From the human T2T-CHM13v2.0 reference genome, Homo sapiens, in NCBI RefSeq assembly GCF_009914755.1, contig NC_060928.1: a stretch of 64,000 nucleotides of DNA; one strand, given 5' to 3'. Numbering within the stretch: the first letter of the stretch is position 1; each line of letters opens with the position of its first letter. The translations under genes were made by a program, and so were the position numbers. Positions 27,211 through 40,819 of this stretch are shown in pieces. Under the pieces are notes generated by a model that saw nothing but the letters and a program-made list of their open reading frames with translations, ran no database searches and had not been told where the DNA came from.

Positions 27211-28179
27211 GCAAGATGTTTGTCTAGAAATCCCGAAATGGGTAAATTCCCTGAATTCACCCACAGAAATGGAATGTTGAATGTCTTTGTGAAATTAGCT
27301 GAAAGAATGGTTTTATTTTCACTCTCCATCAGACTAGCCATTGAAGATAGAGAAGAAACAAGTACCTAAAAACAAATGGAAGGATATGCTATGTATATTG
27401 ATACTGATTGAAGTACGTGCATGTATTTTTAATATCTGAAGATTTTCCCTTTTATGTTTTTAAAATAAAGATAATTTACTCTTTTCTCTTTACTCAAGAA
27501 TGAATATTCTTATTTTTAACTATCAGGAGAAATGAGTCAACCTTATTTAATGAAATAAGTACTCCAAAAACAGATAAAATCCATTCCAAGATAAAATTAA
27601 TAAGCAATAGAAAAAGTAGAAAATGTTCTTCATTTAAGAAAATCAATCTATACTCTCTGTCCAGTGATTTAACAAATGTAAAATGTTATGTTTTTAAAAT
27701 ATGAATATACAGTGGGAATAAGACTAATACATTTACTCAGATGCTAATTTAAAAACTAGAATTATTCTCAAAATATATTGTGGTTAAAACTTTCAGACAA
27801 AAGCTAAAAGTATCTTCAAAATTTGTATTGTTATGGAATCCTGCTGAAGCAGGATCTACTTCTGACCCATTTCTACTTCAAATAATTTATTTTCAGAGTG
27901 AATTGGAAATTGAAACATTAAATTATATTCTCCACAAGGCTTTTCAAATATTGTCACATTAAAAATGGATTATTTACTAAATAAATACTTCTGGCTATGG
28001 TGTTTTTGTGTGTGTGAGTAAATGTCTCTGTTTTATAAAAAATTCAATATTCATATAATAAAATAAAGATTAACTTGCTAAATGAAAATAAAACACTTTG
28101 ACTATAAATCTTTTACTATATTTTTTAAGGTTTGCTGTTTGTTTCTTAGAGCCAGGGATACATATATGTATTTCTTATT

Positions 28180-28892
<713 letters not shown>

Positions 28893-29379
28893 TTCAGGGG
28901 GTTGCATCAAAGTCCTGCTTGTAACAGATGTAAACTAGAAGCAATACTTTCTTAGAATTTTCTTCTCTTCTGAACATACTTTTGTCTTATACATCAAGTA
29001 TATAATTACACTTATTTCACTTTTATTAAGATGTGTATCTTTAGGAAGACACAAAACGGCTCATTGATTTCAAACAAAGTCTTGGAATTTTAATGAATAT
29101 TGCTTTATTTCCTAGTTGTATCAACTTTGGAATGCTGCATTAAGTGTTTGTGCCCCTATTCCTTCATACAAAAAAACAACTTACTGCTTGTTGTGAGGAT
29201 TAAGTGAGAAGATGTTCATTAAGTGCTTAGTGAAAGAATTTGTAAATATAAGCCATTGTTACAGTTTATTCATGTATGTGTATATATATACATATCTATC
29301 TATATAGCTATGTGGATGGATAGGTAGCAATCTCTAGAACAGATTTAACTTCTTAAATAATCATTTTATTTCCATCCCT

Positions 29380-29518
29380 GTTACTTTTATTTTAGATTCA
29401 GGGGTATATAAGCACGTTTGTTACATAGGTATATTGCATTACGCTGGGGTTTGGGCTTCTATTGAACCCATTACCCAAATAGTGAACATACTACCGTGTA
29501 GATAGTTTTTCAACCTTG
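29380..29518 (-). mobile_element. L1PB/old L1PA 3' terminal fragment
   Basis: ttttattttagattcaggggtatat...tttgttacataggtatattgc...cccaaatagtgaacata. Confidence 0.8.
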
Positions 29519-29679
29519 TTGAATTCAATTACTAAATACTTTGTTGCACCTCTGGGTATAATGAGATATCAGAATAAATTTTAAAGTGTTATGCAAAAAA
29601 CAAATTGATTTTTTTCTAGTGGCACGTATGTCTTTCTGTTATGATACTCATTTATTAACCAAAGTATTCAGGTTTCAGG

Positions 29680-29980
29680 TTTTTTTGTTTGTTTGTTTGT
29701 TTTGAGACGGAGTTTCACTCTTGTAGCCCAGGCTGGAGTGCAATGGCGTGATCTTGGCGATCTTGGCCAACTGCAACCTCCGCTTCCAAGTTCAAGTGAT
29801 TCTTCTGCCTCAGCCTCCCAAGTAGCTGGAACTACAGGCGCATGCCACGAAGCCCAGCTAATATTTGTATTTTTAGTAGAGATGGGGTTTCACCATGTTG
29901 GCCAGGCTGGTCTTGACCTCATGACGTCAGGTGATCCACTTGCCTCAGCCTCCCAAAGTGCTGGGATTACAAGAGTGAGC
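29680..29980 (-). mobile_element. AluSq-like, lacking its first ~15 nt
   Basis: gagacggagtttcactcttgt, gtgcaatggc; stops at gattacaagagtgagc. Confidence 0.92.
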
Positions 29981-30086
29981 AGGAGAATGGTGTGAACCTG
30001 GGAGGCGGAGCTTGCAGTGAGCCGAGATAGTGCCACTGCACTCCAGCCTGGGTGACACAGCCAGACCCTCTCAAAACAAAAAAAAA
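29979..30086 (+). mobile_element. AluY right-arm fragment fused to the preceding Alu
   Basis: gcaggagaatggtgtgaacctgggaggcggagcttgcagtgagcc followed by an A tail. Confidence 0.9.
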
Positions 30087-30749
30087 CACGTCAAAGTTCT
30101 AAATAAAGACCCAAAGCACTTTGATATTAAAAATTGAAATAAATGTGAGCTATACATACACTTAAGAATGATTAATAAGATCAAGTAAGTTAATTACCCA
30201 AATTTTGGTTACTCACTGAATGACTATGGTGGAGCTGTTGTGTGTTAAACCAATAAATAAATGTTGCAAAATGAAAATTGTAAGGAGCACCTCCTGCCAC
30301 CATGCAGTTCAAAAACAAATAGTAACAAATACGGCATGTTCTCTGAGTGCTTTCATATCCATTGTTTATAGCAGGGAATTTGTATGATTATTGTATACTT
30401 TATGAATTTTTATTTAACAATAATTTGTATGCATGATTCCTTTATTTTCCAACCCGTTTATTTCGGTTCAGGGTTGCGCTTCGCCAGAGCCTATCCTGGA
30501 AGTTCGGGATTTAAGACCTAGCCAGGATGCTGTTGAACTCACAGTCACACTCACTCAGACTGTGACCATTTAGACACTCCAATTCACCTAACACACACAT
30601 CTTTGGGATGTGGGAAGAAAGTGGAATACCAGGAGAAAGCTCACACAGACAGGACATACAAACTCTACAATCCCAGTGACCTGGTGGGAAATCATTTCTT
30701 TTTTTCTTATCAAGGTTACAGCACAAAGATGTTATACATGGACCTGCTG
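30087..30749 (-). mobile_element. MER6 (TcMar-Tigger DNA transposon), one end missing
   Basis: acatctttgggatgtgggaagaaa, taaggagcacctcctgccacc; terminal ggacctgctg followed by TA. Confidence 0.85.
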
Positions 30750-32730
30750 TATATCAAGGAATTGTTCTTTAGTCTTCCCCGTTTTTCACGTATTTGTCTT
30801 ATTTCTTCAAGTAGAAAGTACAGTTTGGGGCTAGTAAGACTTGCATTTCCATAATGTACAGAACACTGGACTAGATCTTGCAATCTTGAATTCGTAGTCC
30901 TGGTTAGCCGTTAATTTTTGAGTAAGTCAGTTACCTACCGTGGTTATCAGTTGTTCTCTCTTTGAAATAAGAAAATTGAATTTGATTGTTTCTTATATTA
31001 TTCTCAGACTTCTACTGGAAGGACATGTGTCTCTTTAAAAATATAATATTACCTGATTTTATACAAATTCATTTTACAGGTTAGGGCATTTTGGATTAGA
31101 CCTCTTAATTAGTCTTCATCCACCATTTTTGACCTATGCCATTTTTATCAAGAATTTGGAAAAATGGTCATTAATAATGATATATCTCTAAATCTTGAGG
31201 CTTATATATTAGAATAAAAGTTTTAAAATATGTTTTATGAATTATTCTATCATTCATACCAAACTGGAATTACCTTAAGGGCATAGTCATTGACTAATTT
31301 GTCTTTCTATTTTCATAGCACAAAAGCAAACTGCCTTAAAACATTCTTTAAAGTATCTTAAAGCATTCTTTAAAAATGTTTATTGAGTAAAAGAAACAAA
31401 ATGAACAATTATTTCAATTTCTGGCACTGTTCACATTGAAAAGACAAAATTTTCTGAAGTTCTCAAATCAGAAACGTAAGTTCAGTTTGATGATAAATAT
31501 TCAAATTAAAACTAGAAAAAAATTTCCCTATCGTCAAGCTTTTAGGCTTATTTTCATCAATTAAAGACAAGACTTTACATTTGGGAAAGGAGATAAGAAG
31601 ATAGAAGGAGTGGAGAATCAGGTATTAGAGGTCAGAGATAATCAAGATAACATGAGATATCAAACATTCACTCAACCATAAAAAAGATGAATATTTAAAA
31701 TATTTAGCTTTTTACATTATCTTAGGAGTTTATCTTTTCTATTTCTATTACAAGTTATTATTCATGTACATGATAATTTCAGATATATTTTTAAAATCAC
31801 AATCCAAAAGTTCACGATTTAATTTCCAGCCTCCTTTCCTGCTGCTGCTCCTGTCTGTTCTGAACGTGAGTGATGATGTGGAGCCTCTGCAACATCATTG
31901 CCTTATGCAGTTTGTATGCGTGAAGCAGATGTAATCTCAGATGATCAGGCATCCATTACTCCTGTGAGGAAATATCTACAACCAACAATTAATTGCATTT
32001 CAGATCCTCCAGTTAGTCATTTATAGAAGATTTAACAATACTCTTCATGGACATTCCATTGATTTATATTTTGTAGCTAATTTATCTTTGCTTTGCTATG
32101 ACTGGAGATCATGTAGAGCATTTTTTTCCTTTCTCTTTTCTTGCAGCAAATTATCCTGTACTAGACTTGCTTTTTTACCCTGCTTCTGATGTTACTGGAT
32201 TTATTTATGAAGTCCAGCATTGATAAGTATGTGAAGATTTTCATTCTTGTTATTACACAGAGACATTTACCAGAATACAGAAGTGGGATCCTTATTCAAT
32301 AAGTAAAGGACAGCTGTAGTGCCCTTGAAGTTCTCTTCTTAGATAGTCATGGTTGCCCCTCATAACACAGAGCACAAAGGCTTCAAAGAAATGTAGCTTC
32401 CTTGCCTTTTCTTGTTTTCTCAACATACACAAAGATACTACAGAGGTTTAAGATTGTCCAGTTACCTTTCTAAAATCTATCACAGTCTAAGACTATTTCG
32501 TGACCAAGAAAATTAGGGCTACCAGAACGGTAATAGAGATGGGGCTCAAACAATTTATTATGATTTTTATTTTCAAGTGTACTCCCTTCAGCAAATGATG
32601 AACAGCCTAAGGATGGGGAAGCCATGAGTTTGTGCAAATCTTTTTAAGTTTTTTTTTTTTTTTAAAGGGAAGATAGATAGCATTTGGAAATAAATAGAAA
32701 TAACTTAGTTAAGCAAATAATGAAAAATAA

Positions 32731-32748
32731 TGTGTGTGTGTGTGTGTG
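32731..32748. repeat. (TG)9
   Basis: tgtgtgtgtgtgtgtgtg. Confidence 0.9.
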
Positions 32749-32906
32749 CACACCCTCACCCAGAAAGCAACCTGATCTTCACTGTTTAGGACTCTTAGTT
32801 TAAACTTAAACCGTTTTGTGGGAGGGTTCCACTTAATGACTGTCATATTAAGTTTTTTAATGAATGGTAATGAATGGTATCATATTAAGTTCTTTAATGA
32901 ATGGTA

Positions 32907-33500
32907 ATATATATATCACATATATATACGATATATATGATATATCATGACATATCATGAACTGTATTTTTTGCTTCTGTTTTTATCATGTATATATATG
33001 ATATATATCAATATCATGATATGTGATATATATCATGATATATGATATATCATGTATATCATGTATATGTACATGATATACATGATATATATCATATGTG
33101 TATATATACATTATATATCATATATCATGATAGGCAATATAGAGCATGTACATATCATGCACATATCATGACATTATCATATATCATGATATATCACATA
33201 TATGTCATATATCATGATATATCACGTATGTGTCATATATCATGATATATCACATATGCCATGATGTGTACATGATATATCATGTTATGATATATCATAT
33301 GTGTCATGATATGTCCATGATATATCATATATTATGATATATATATCATGTATATCATGTATACATGTATCATACACATATATATCATATATATCATGTT
33401 ATATCATATATATCATGTATATATACATATATCATGATATATCACGTATATATAATATATCATGATATATCATATATATATATCATGTATATATACATGA
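32907..33500. repeat. AT-rich (ATATATCATG)n-like self-complementary tandem repeat
   Basis: Many degenerate atatcatgatat units. Confidence 0.93.
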
Positions 33501-34316
33501 TAAAAACAGAAGAAGCAAAAAAATACAGTTCACTTCCTAGTTAAATGATAACTCAAATTTGGGGAGTTTCATTTGTTATTCCCTTCTTTTCCTTCATTGC
33601 AAAGTACACCTCTTAGTATTCCCAAAGAGACCCAAGATTTGCATATAAATCTAATTGTGTGTATTCATGCAAAACTTTTCAATTCATCACAAACTATCCA
33701 TAGATACTAAAATTAATTTGTGAGTGAAGAGTCATTGTGTTCAGACATAGAAAGTGTCAAGCTTTCTGCTCTTCCTTACTTTCCTGCTACTTAGCTGTCC
33801 AGGGCATGGACTTATGAGAAGTGCTAAACATTTACCTAAGAAAAGAGTTACACATCTGAGACAGATGTATGTACCAACCTGTTCTTGTATATCTGTGTAC
33901 TTTTGCATGTGTCCTCATTTCATTATTGAAGGGAAATATAAATCTTTCTATATTTTAAGGCAATTGAATCAAATAAAAGTCATTTCAGTTTTGTGATACT
34001 TGGAAGTTATTTTATTACTTGTAGCATGTAGTAATCCATTAATATGTTTAATACAATGGATTCTTATATTTAATACAAGGGAGGTGTAATATTTTGTCAG
34101 CGACTTCTCCATTTCCCACTAACTGTCTATAATGGTGAAATTCCAAGGCTCAGTGATAGACTTCACACTATTTCTATAGTTGAAATTACCAGAAAAACAA
34201 ACCAAATCAAGAAATACAAAAGAAAAAGAGTTTGACAAAGTATTTGCTGATACAATGAAACAATAATATCAAAATTGGAAAAGGGAATTTTACTATTAAA
34301 CACATAGCAGAAAAAC

Positions 34317-34617
34317 TTTTTTTTTTTTTTTTCCTGAGGTTAGAGTCTTACTCTGTCACCCAGGCTGGAGTATAGTGGTGTGATCATGGCTGATTGTAAC
34401 CTTGAACTTCTAGGCTCAAGTGATCCTCCTGCCTCAGCCTCCTGAGTAGCTGGGACTATGGTCCATCCCACTACTACCAGCAAATTTTTTCTTTTTTTAT
34501 GGAGATGGTGTCTTGCTATGTTGCTCAGGATAGCCTCAAACTTCTGGCCTTAAGTATTCCTCCAGCCTCAGCCTCCCAAAGTAATGTGATTACAGGCATG
34601 TGCCACCATGCTGGCCC
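34317..34617 (-). mobile_element. AluJ
   Basis: ggctcaagtgatcctcctgcctcagcc, gtcttgctatgttgctcagg; high divergence. Confidence 0.92.
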
Positions 34618-35087
34618 AAAAGAAAAAAACTTTAAGGTCATCAATTTTTACATTATGTTTATATCTTTCTCAAAGCCACTGTTTAGGCCCCTAACTATCA
34701 TCATGGAAGAACGAAAGAGAAGTTAAGACTACAATTCTGTCTAGAACTTAAGTATTAGAAGTGATGTCCTTAGCAGCACTTTATTTATTATATTCTCCTT
34801 ATCTTCTTGTTAGAGATTTTTCAGACTATGTAGTGATGTTTTTGATGATTCCATATTTATCAGACATGATTTTATCCCTTGTAATGTAGTTACTGTCATG
34901 AACATAGGAGGAAAAGAAGATTATATGTTTGGCCCAAAAATTTAGATGAAAGTTTTAAAAATACCACTTGTCTCTCTCTGGGATTCAAATTTTTAAAACC
35001 ATTTAACTTTATTCAATTCAAATGAGAAAAAAAATTAAGATTTAGGAACCATCATTGTTAACAAAAGTCAGAAATTCTGTACCTTCA

Positions 35088-35490
<403 letters not shown>

Positions 35491-35832
35491 TGATATGGTT
35501 TGGCTGTGTCCCCACCCAAATCTCAACTTGAATTGTATCTCCCAGAATTCCCATGTGTTGTGGGAGGGAATTGAATCATGGGGAAGATAATTGAATCATG
35601 GGGGCCAGCCTAATAGTGAATAAGTCTCATGAGTTCTGATAGGTTGATTGGGGGTTCCACTTTTGCTTCATCCTCATTTTTCTCTTGCTGCTGCCATGAA
35701 AGAAGTGCCTTTCACCTCCCACCATGATTCTGAGGCCTTCCCAGCCATGCGGGACTGTAAGTCCAATTAAACCTCTTCTCGTTCCCAGTTTCAGGTATGT
35801 CTTTATCAGCAGTGTGAAAATAAACTAATACA
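35491..35832 (+). mobile_element. THE1A solo LTR
   Basis: tgatatggtttggctgtgtccccacccaaatctcaacttgaattgtatctcccagaattccc...ctaataca. Confidence 0.92.
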
Positions 35833-37785
35833 TTATAGGTAAATTATCACAAATTTGACTCTAAAATAATTATCTGATACCAAATAAAATTTTGAATAAT
35901 GTTTGAAAATGCCCTGAAGGAGATATAATAATACTTGATATATATATATGATAAGAAGTGATTTTCAAACATGAATAGGAGCATAGGTGTCTTTGTTGTT
36001 AATTAGAAAGACTCTGAAATAAGTGTGAATTTTAAAGATGTAGAGAAAATAAAATTAATAGATGTTTATTTTATGCACATTGGTGATCGGCCTCAATGTG
36101 TTATTCCATCCAAATATCCTATTTTTTAGCTGTTAATTACAGAAATATCAGAGCCTCTGAAAAATAAAAGAAGTCATTGATAGCATAAATCACTTAAAAG
36201 TCCCACTTTAGAGTTAGAAATAGTATGTTGCTCCTGACAGAAGCACTTCCCTGAGGGAAATTAAATAAAGAAAACATGGATTTTCTGCCAAATTAAAGTA
36301 AGGGTGACTATGAAAACCTAGAATGTAATGTATACTGGAGTGATTATAGTACATTGAAAGTAAGTTTCAAGAAGTGGGTTGACATAGGTTTTTGCCTTTG
36401 GGGTGGGGAGATTTTATTAAATTCCTTATGTTTTAATTTGTCAGCTTCAAAGACTGTTCAAAAGAAACTTATTGTTATATAAATCTGTAAAAGTAGTAAG
36501 AACAATTGTTAGCAGGGGTAAACATTAAACCCCAAATTTTTTTATTAAACCATTTCAATATATAATAAAATGTCATAATGCACATTATTCTATTTAAAAG
36601 GGTTTTTTTCTTTCCAGATTATTTGTAGTTGGGATTTTAAACATGCTTAATGACCTGAAATGTTAAACTATCACATAAAATTAGGTCAGAAAATCACAGT
36701 GTAAGTAAAAAATAAGGATAAAATACTACATTACTATTTCTAACATAATTAACTGGTTGTTTAGATCCTCTATTGATGAAATCATAACATAAATAAGTCA
36801 ACAGTTTATATTGTCAAAAAATTGAACCATTATTGGACCTGTTACTTGTAATAGAAATATGTATTCTAGATCTAACAAGGACTCTTTTTTTATTCTTAGA
36901 AGCAAATAAAAAAGTAACTACTTTACACAAAAGGGGCTTTGTTGTTCTTACAGTTTCTAGACTTTTTGTCCATTTCAAATGGAAATAACAGAATATTTCC
37001 AGACCCAGTTGGCAAATTAATCAAAAAAAGGCTCTGTCATATTCAATTTGTTGATGCTTTTGTTTAATCTGCTGCCCTAACGGTAAGAGGCATGAGACGA
37101 ATTAATGTATTTTAGAACACAAGTGAACCGTCATAGGGTGTAAATGGGTAAGTGCACTTGTGAATTTGTTGGAATGCAAACAATGTAAGTGTTATAGTGA
37201 TCATTTAAAACAGATTATTGAGATTTGGCTTTACTTTGTGGTACGATTTCCCTATATTGTAATCCAAATATAATTTTTAAAAAAATGCCACTGTGAAGAG
37301 GACCAGACTCAAAGGAAGACTAGAAATCAGCACAGCTACAGCTTTTTCTTATCCTTTATAACTATCTACTCAGATAAATCCTGACAAAACAACAGTTTGT
37401 TAGACTGGCTGAGATGAATGATGTGTTTTACATTGCTTTTTCAATTCTATACATAATCACAATAAAAACATTATTTATATAACTTATTGGAATTAATTAG
37501 CATCTATAATTTCCCAAAGGGTGGGATCTTGTTTGTGGGTTAAGAGGGTCATTATTTTGAGCAATCCACTGATAATCTTCACAACTTAACTTCAGGACAA
37601 TTAGTTTGAATGTACTCTAATTTCCAGATATATGCTCTCTTCTAGTGCAAAACAATATTATTTTCCAAAATTACCTATTTAAGAAGCACTTATTTCCTGG
37701 ATATGTTAGATTGTACAAAAAATTATTTTCACTCATTTTCTAACATATAAGGTAGCTTATATTTGAATGTTTGAATGTTGAAACC

Positions 37786-38325
37786 TGTAATAGGGTTCTC
37801 TAGAGGGACAGGACTAATAGGATTGATATATATGTAAAAGGGAGTTTATTAAGGAATAGTGACTCACACGATCACACAGTGAAGTCCTACAATAGGCTGT
37901 CGGCAAGCTGAGGAGGAAGGAAGCTAGTCTGAGTCCCAAAACCTCAAAACTAGGGAAGCCAACAGTGCAGCCTTCAATCTATGGTTGAAGGTCCAAGAGC
38001 CTCCCACAAATCACTGTTGTAAGTCCAAGAGTCCAAAAGCTGAAGGATTTAGAGTCCAATGTTCGAAGACAGGAAACATCCAGCATGGGAGAAAAATGAA
38101 AGCCAGAAGACTCAGCAACTCCTTCTAACTTCTTCTGCCTGCTTTATTCTAGCTTCGATGGCAGCTGATTAGATGGTGCCCACACAGACTGAGGGTGGGC
38201 CTGCCTCTCCCAGTCCACTGACTCAAATGTTAATCTCCTTTGGCAACACCATCACAGACACACCCAGGTACAAAACTTTGCGTCTTTCAATTCAATCAAT
38301 TTGACACTCAATATTAACCATCACA
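37786..38325 (-). mobile_element. MLT2A (HERV-L) solo LTR, MLT2A2-like length
   Basis: gggttctctagagggacag...ggcagctgattagatggtgcccac...gacactcaatattaaccatcaca. Confidence 0.92.
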
Positions 38326-39790
38326 GTATCACATAAATCATTATTATGTTTTCTTGGGAATGCTTAGTCATTTTTCAAATATATCAAATTTAATGTTTTT
38401 CCATTTAGGTATGTTATACTGCCAGTTGATAAATTATACCCAAGTAGTCACTGTAATAATTTTTTTGAATATTTAAAAGAAAAGGTAAAAGTAAATTTAA
38501 AATCTATAACTTTATAGTGGTCACATGCTTTTTTAATGGATTACATTTGATTAATCCAATAACACCATTAAAAAAGAGGTGATATAATAAAACAATTATG
38601 GGTAAACCATGTCTATATTACCATAAGTTGTATCATATCTTGCTATTGTCTATTCTATGATATGTAATGATCCTCATTGTTCATATAACTAGGTAAAGTA
38701 ATTCACAGCTTATAAAGAATTGCTTTTATTATACTTCCGTAAATGCATCAGATGATTATATATTGTCCTTTTTACATTTGAAAGTCATTTTTCAAAATGC
38801 TTACTTTTCAGAATTTATCTTATGCTGCTTAAATCTGTCAATTTTGAAAACAGATGTTTAAAAAAAGATGACACTCTTATCTTCCTTTGACTTTTAGTCT
38901 CTTATACACTGTAATTATTTAAGTTATTTATTTGCCCTAATATTTTACTTCCCAAGAAACATGTGTAATTCTCTATTTTTCAGTCCATTCTACTTTATAG
39001 TATTATCAAATCAGTAGAAATTTTTAAATATTTTATGGCTACTGAGTTTAGAATTCTGAGAGTCACATTATTTTTTGACAGAAATTTGATACTGATAAAT
39101 GACCAGAAGTTTCTTTCACTTTCTGGAAGGCATTTTCCCTTATGACAAATATCAATTTTTTAAAGACTATGGCTAAAACTTATTTTCTAATTTAACTCCT
39201 GGAAGCATTTTCACTGTCTTAAATAACTGAAAAAAAATTCTCCTTCTCTCACTTTCTCTCTCTATATATATGAAAATAACATATAATATTATCTCAAATA
39301 TTGCACATTATCCCAAATTGCATGGTCAATATTAATGTCTATATTATGGCTGCAGGCTGCCTGCTGCTCCTGTCAATGGGTTTTTAAACACATATCTTTG
39401 TTTTACCTAAAACTCAAAAAAAAGTATCACAGTTAATTGTTCTTTCAAAAGCTCAAGTAAAGTTTGTCAAATCAAAATCAAAGTTGATGCCAAGTAAACC
39501 ATTAGTGATTATTTTCATTTCACTGTCCTTCATTATTCATATATAAGCTGCAGTCAAATTATTCTATTAAAAATTCATTTTAATGAAAGAATTTTCTCTC
39601 TCTCATAAGTATTATATAATTGCAAGGAGTTCTTTGTAAATATTTGACAGAAACTTCTCAACTTTCTTGAAAAATGTTTGAACTATTCTAAAATGAAATG
39701 ATAACTCTCTCTAATGAGTTTGGAATGAGTGGGAACTTGCTAGACTTATTAAAGAACATCATTTAGTTATTCTATATAAAATAACTTTTA

Positions 39791-40160
39791 TGAAGAAAAT
39801 GTCATCCGTATACATCATGGAATACTATGCAGCCTTAAAAAGAATGAGCCTGATGCCTTGTGCACCAACATGGATATAACTGGAGGCCATTATCCTCCAG
39901 GAACAGAAAACCAGCACTGCTTGTTTTCACTTACAAGTGGAAGCTAAAAATTGGGTACATATGGACACAAAGAAAGGGAGCAATAAACACTGGGGCCTAC
40001 TTGAGGGTGGAGGGTGGGAGGAGGGTCTGCAAAACTACCTGTCAGGTACTATGTGTATTATTTGACTGATGAAATAATCTGTACATCAAACTCCCATGAC
40101 ATAAAATTTATCTATATAACAAACATGCACCCATACCCCTGAAATTAAAAGTCTAAAAAA
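39791..40160 (+). mobile_element. L1PB-type 3' end, 5'-truncated
   Basis: catggaatactatgcagcc, ggggcctacttgagggtggagggtgggaggagg; degenerate TSD aaataactttt-atgaaga / aaattcacttgtatgaaga. Confidence 0.88.
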
Positions 40161-40409
40161 TTCACTTGTATGAAGATATAGAGGGCAAGATATCAAAAAA
40201 TAAATTATATTGAAGTCTGTCTGCCATTCATTTTTTAATCTGGTTTTCCAGTTATTTTCATGTCACTACTAGCCAAGGCTAAATAGAATTCTGTTGCTTA
40301 ATAGAATTACATGAGAAATAAGATGTATGAGGTAAAAACTACTTCGTAATTACAAAAATTATGATTTAAAAGAAAAAAGGAAAGTCTAATTTGAAAGGTA
40401 AATATTGAT

Positions 40410-40650
40410 AACGATAGCTTAATGTTCTTGCATGCTTGGTACCCAAAACTACTCTGAGTGGCTTATATGTATTAATTCATCAAAATTTCTCAATAATCTA
40501 ATGAGGAAAGTACAACATTATGTCTATTTTATTATTGACATGACTGATGCACAAAGAGGCTAACAAAGCTGTCTAAGGTAATGATAGATGTGGTAGAGCT
40601 ATGATAGGAATTTACCTAGTTCCACTGAATTGTCTCTACTCATACTGAGC
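40410..40650 (-). mobile_element. MIR, degenerate
   Basis: gcttatatgtattaattcat...actgatgcacaaagaggctaac...tctaaggt...ggtagagct. Confidence 0.6.
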
Positions 40651-40819
40651 TTCATTGTCCATGATGAAAAAAATTGGTTAATTAATTTTATGACATAAGT
40701 GAAAATAATTCCTTAAGACAGTAGCAGTTAGCTATGGAAAGTCAAGCATTTGCTTGCATTGTGAAAAAATTGGAATAAAATGAAGAGTAAAGCACATTAA
40801 GAAACGGGAAATAGAAGAG

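Noticed and set aside
31860-31970. C/D-box snoRNA candidate (GTGATGA near 31870)
   Set aside because: No CTGA D box with a terminal stem at a suitable distance
32907-33500. CRISPR-like or coding repeat (ORF 33042-33245)
   Set aside because: No constant repeat with unique spacers; low-complexity eukaryotic tandem repeat
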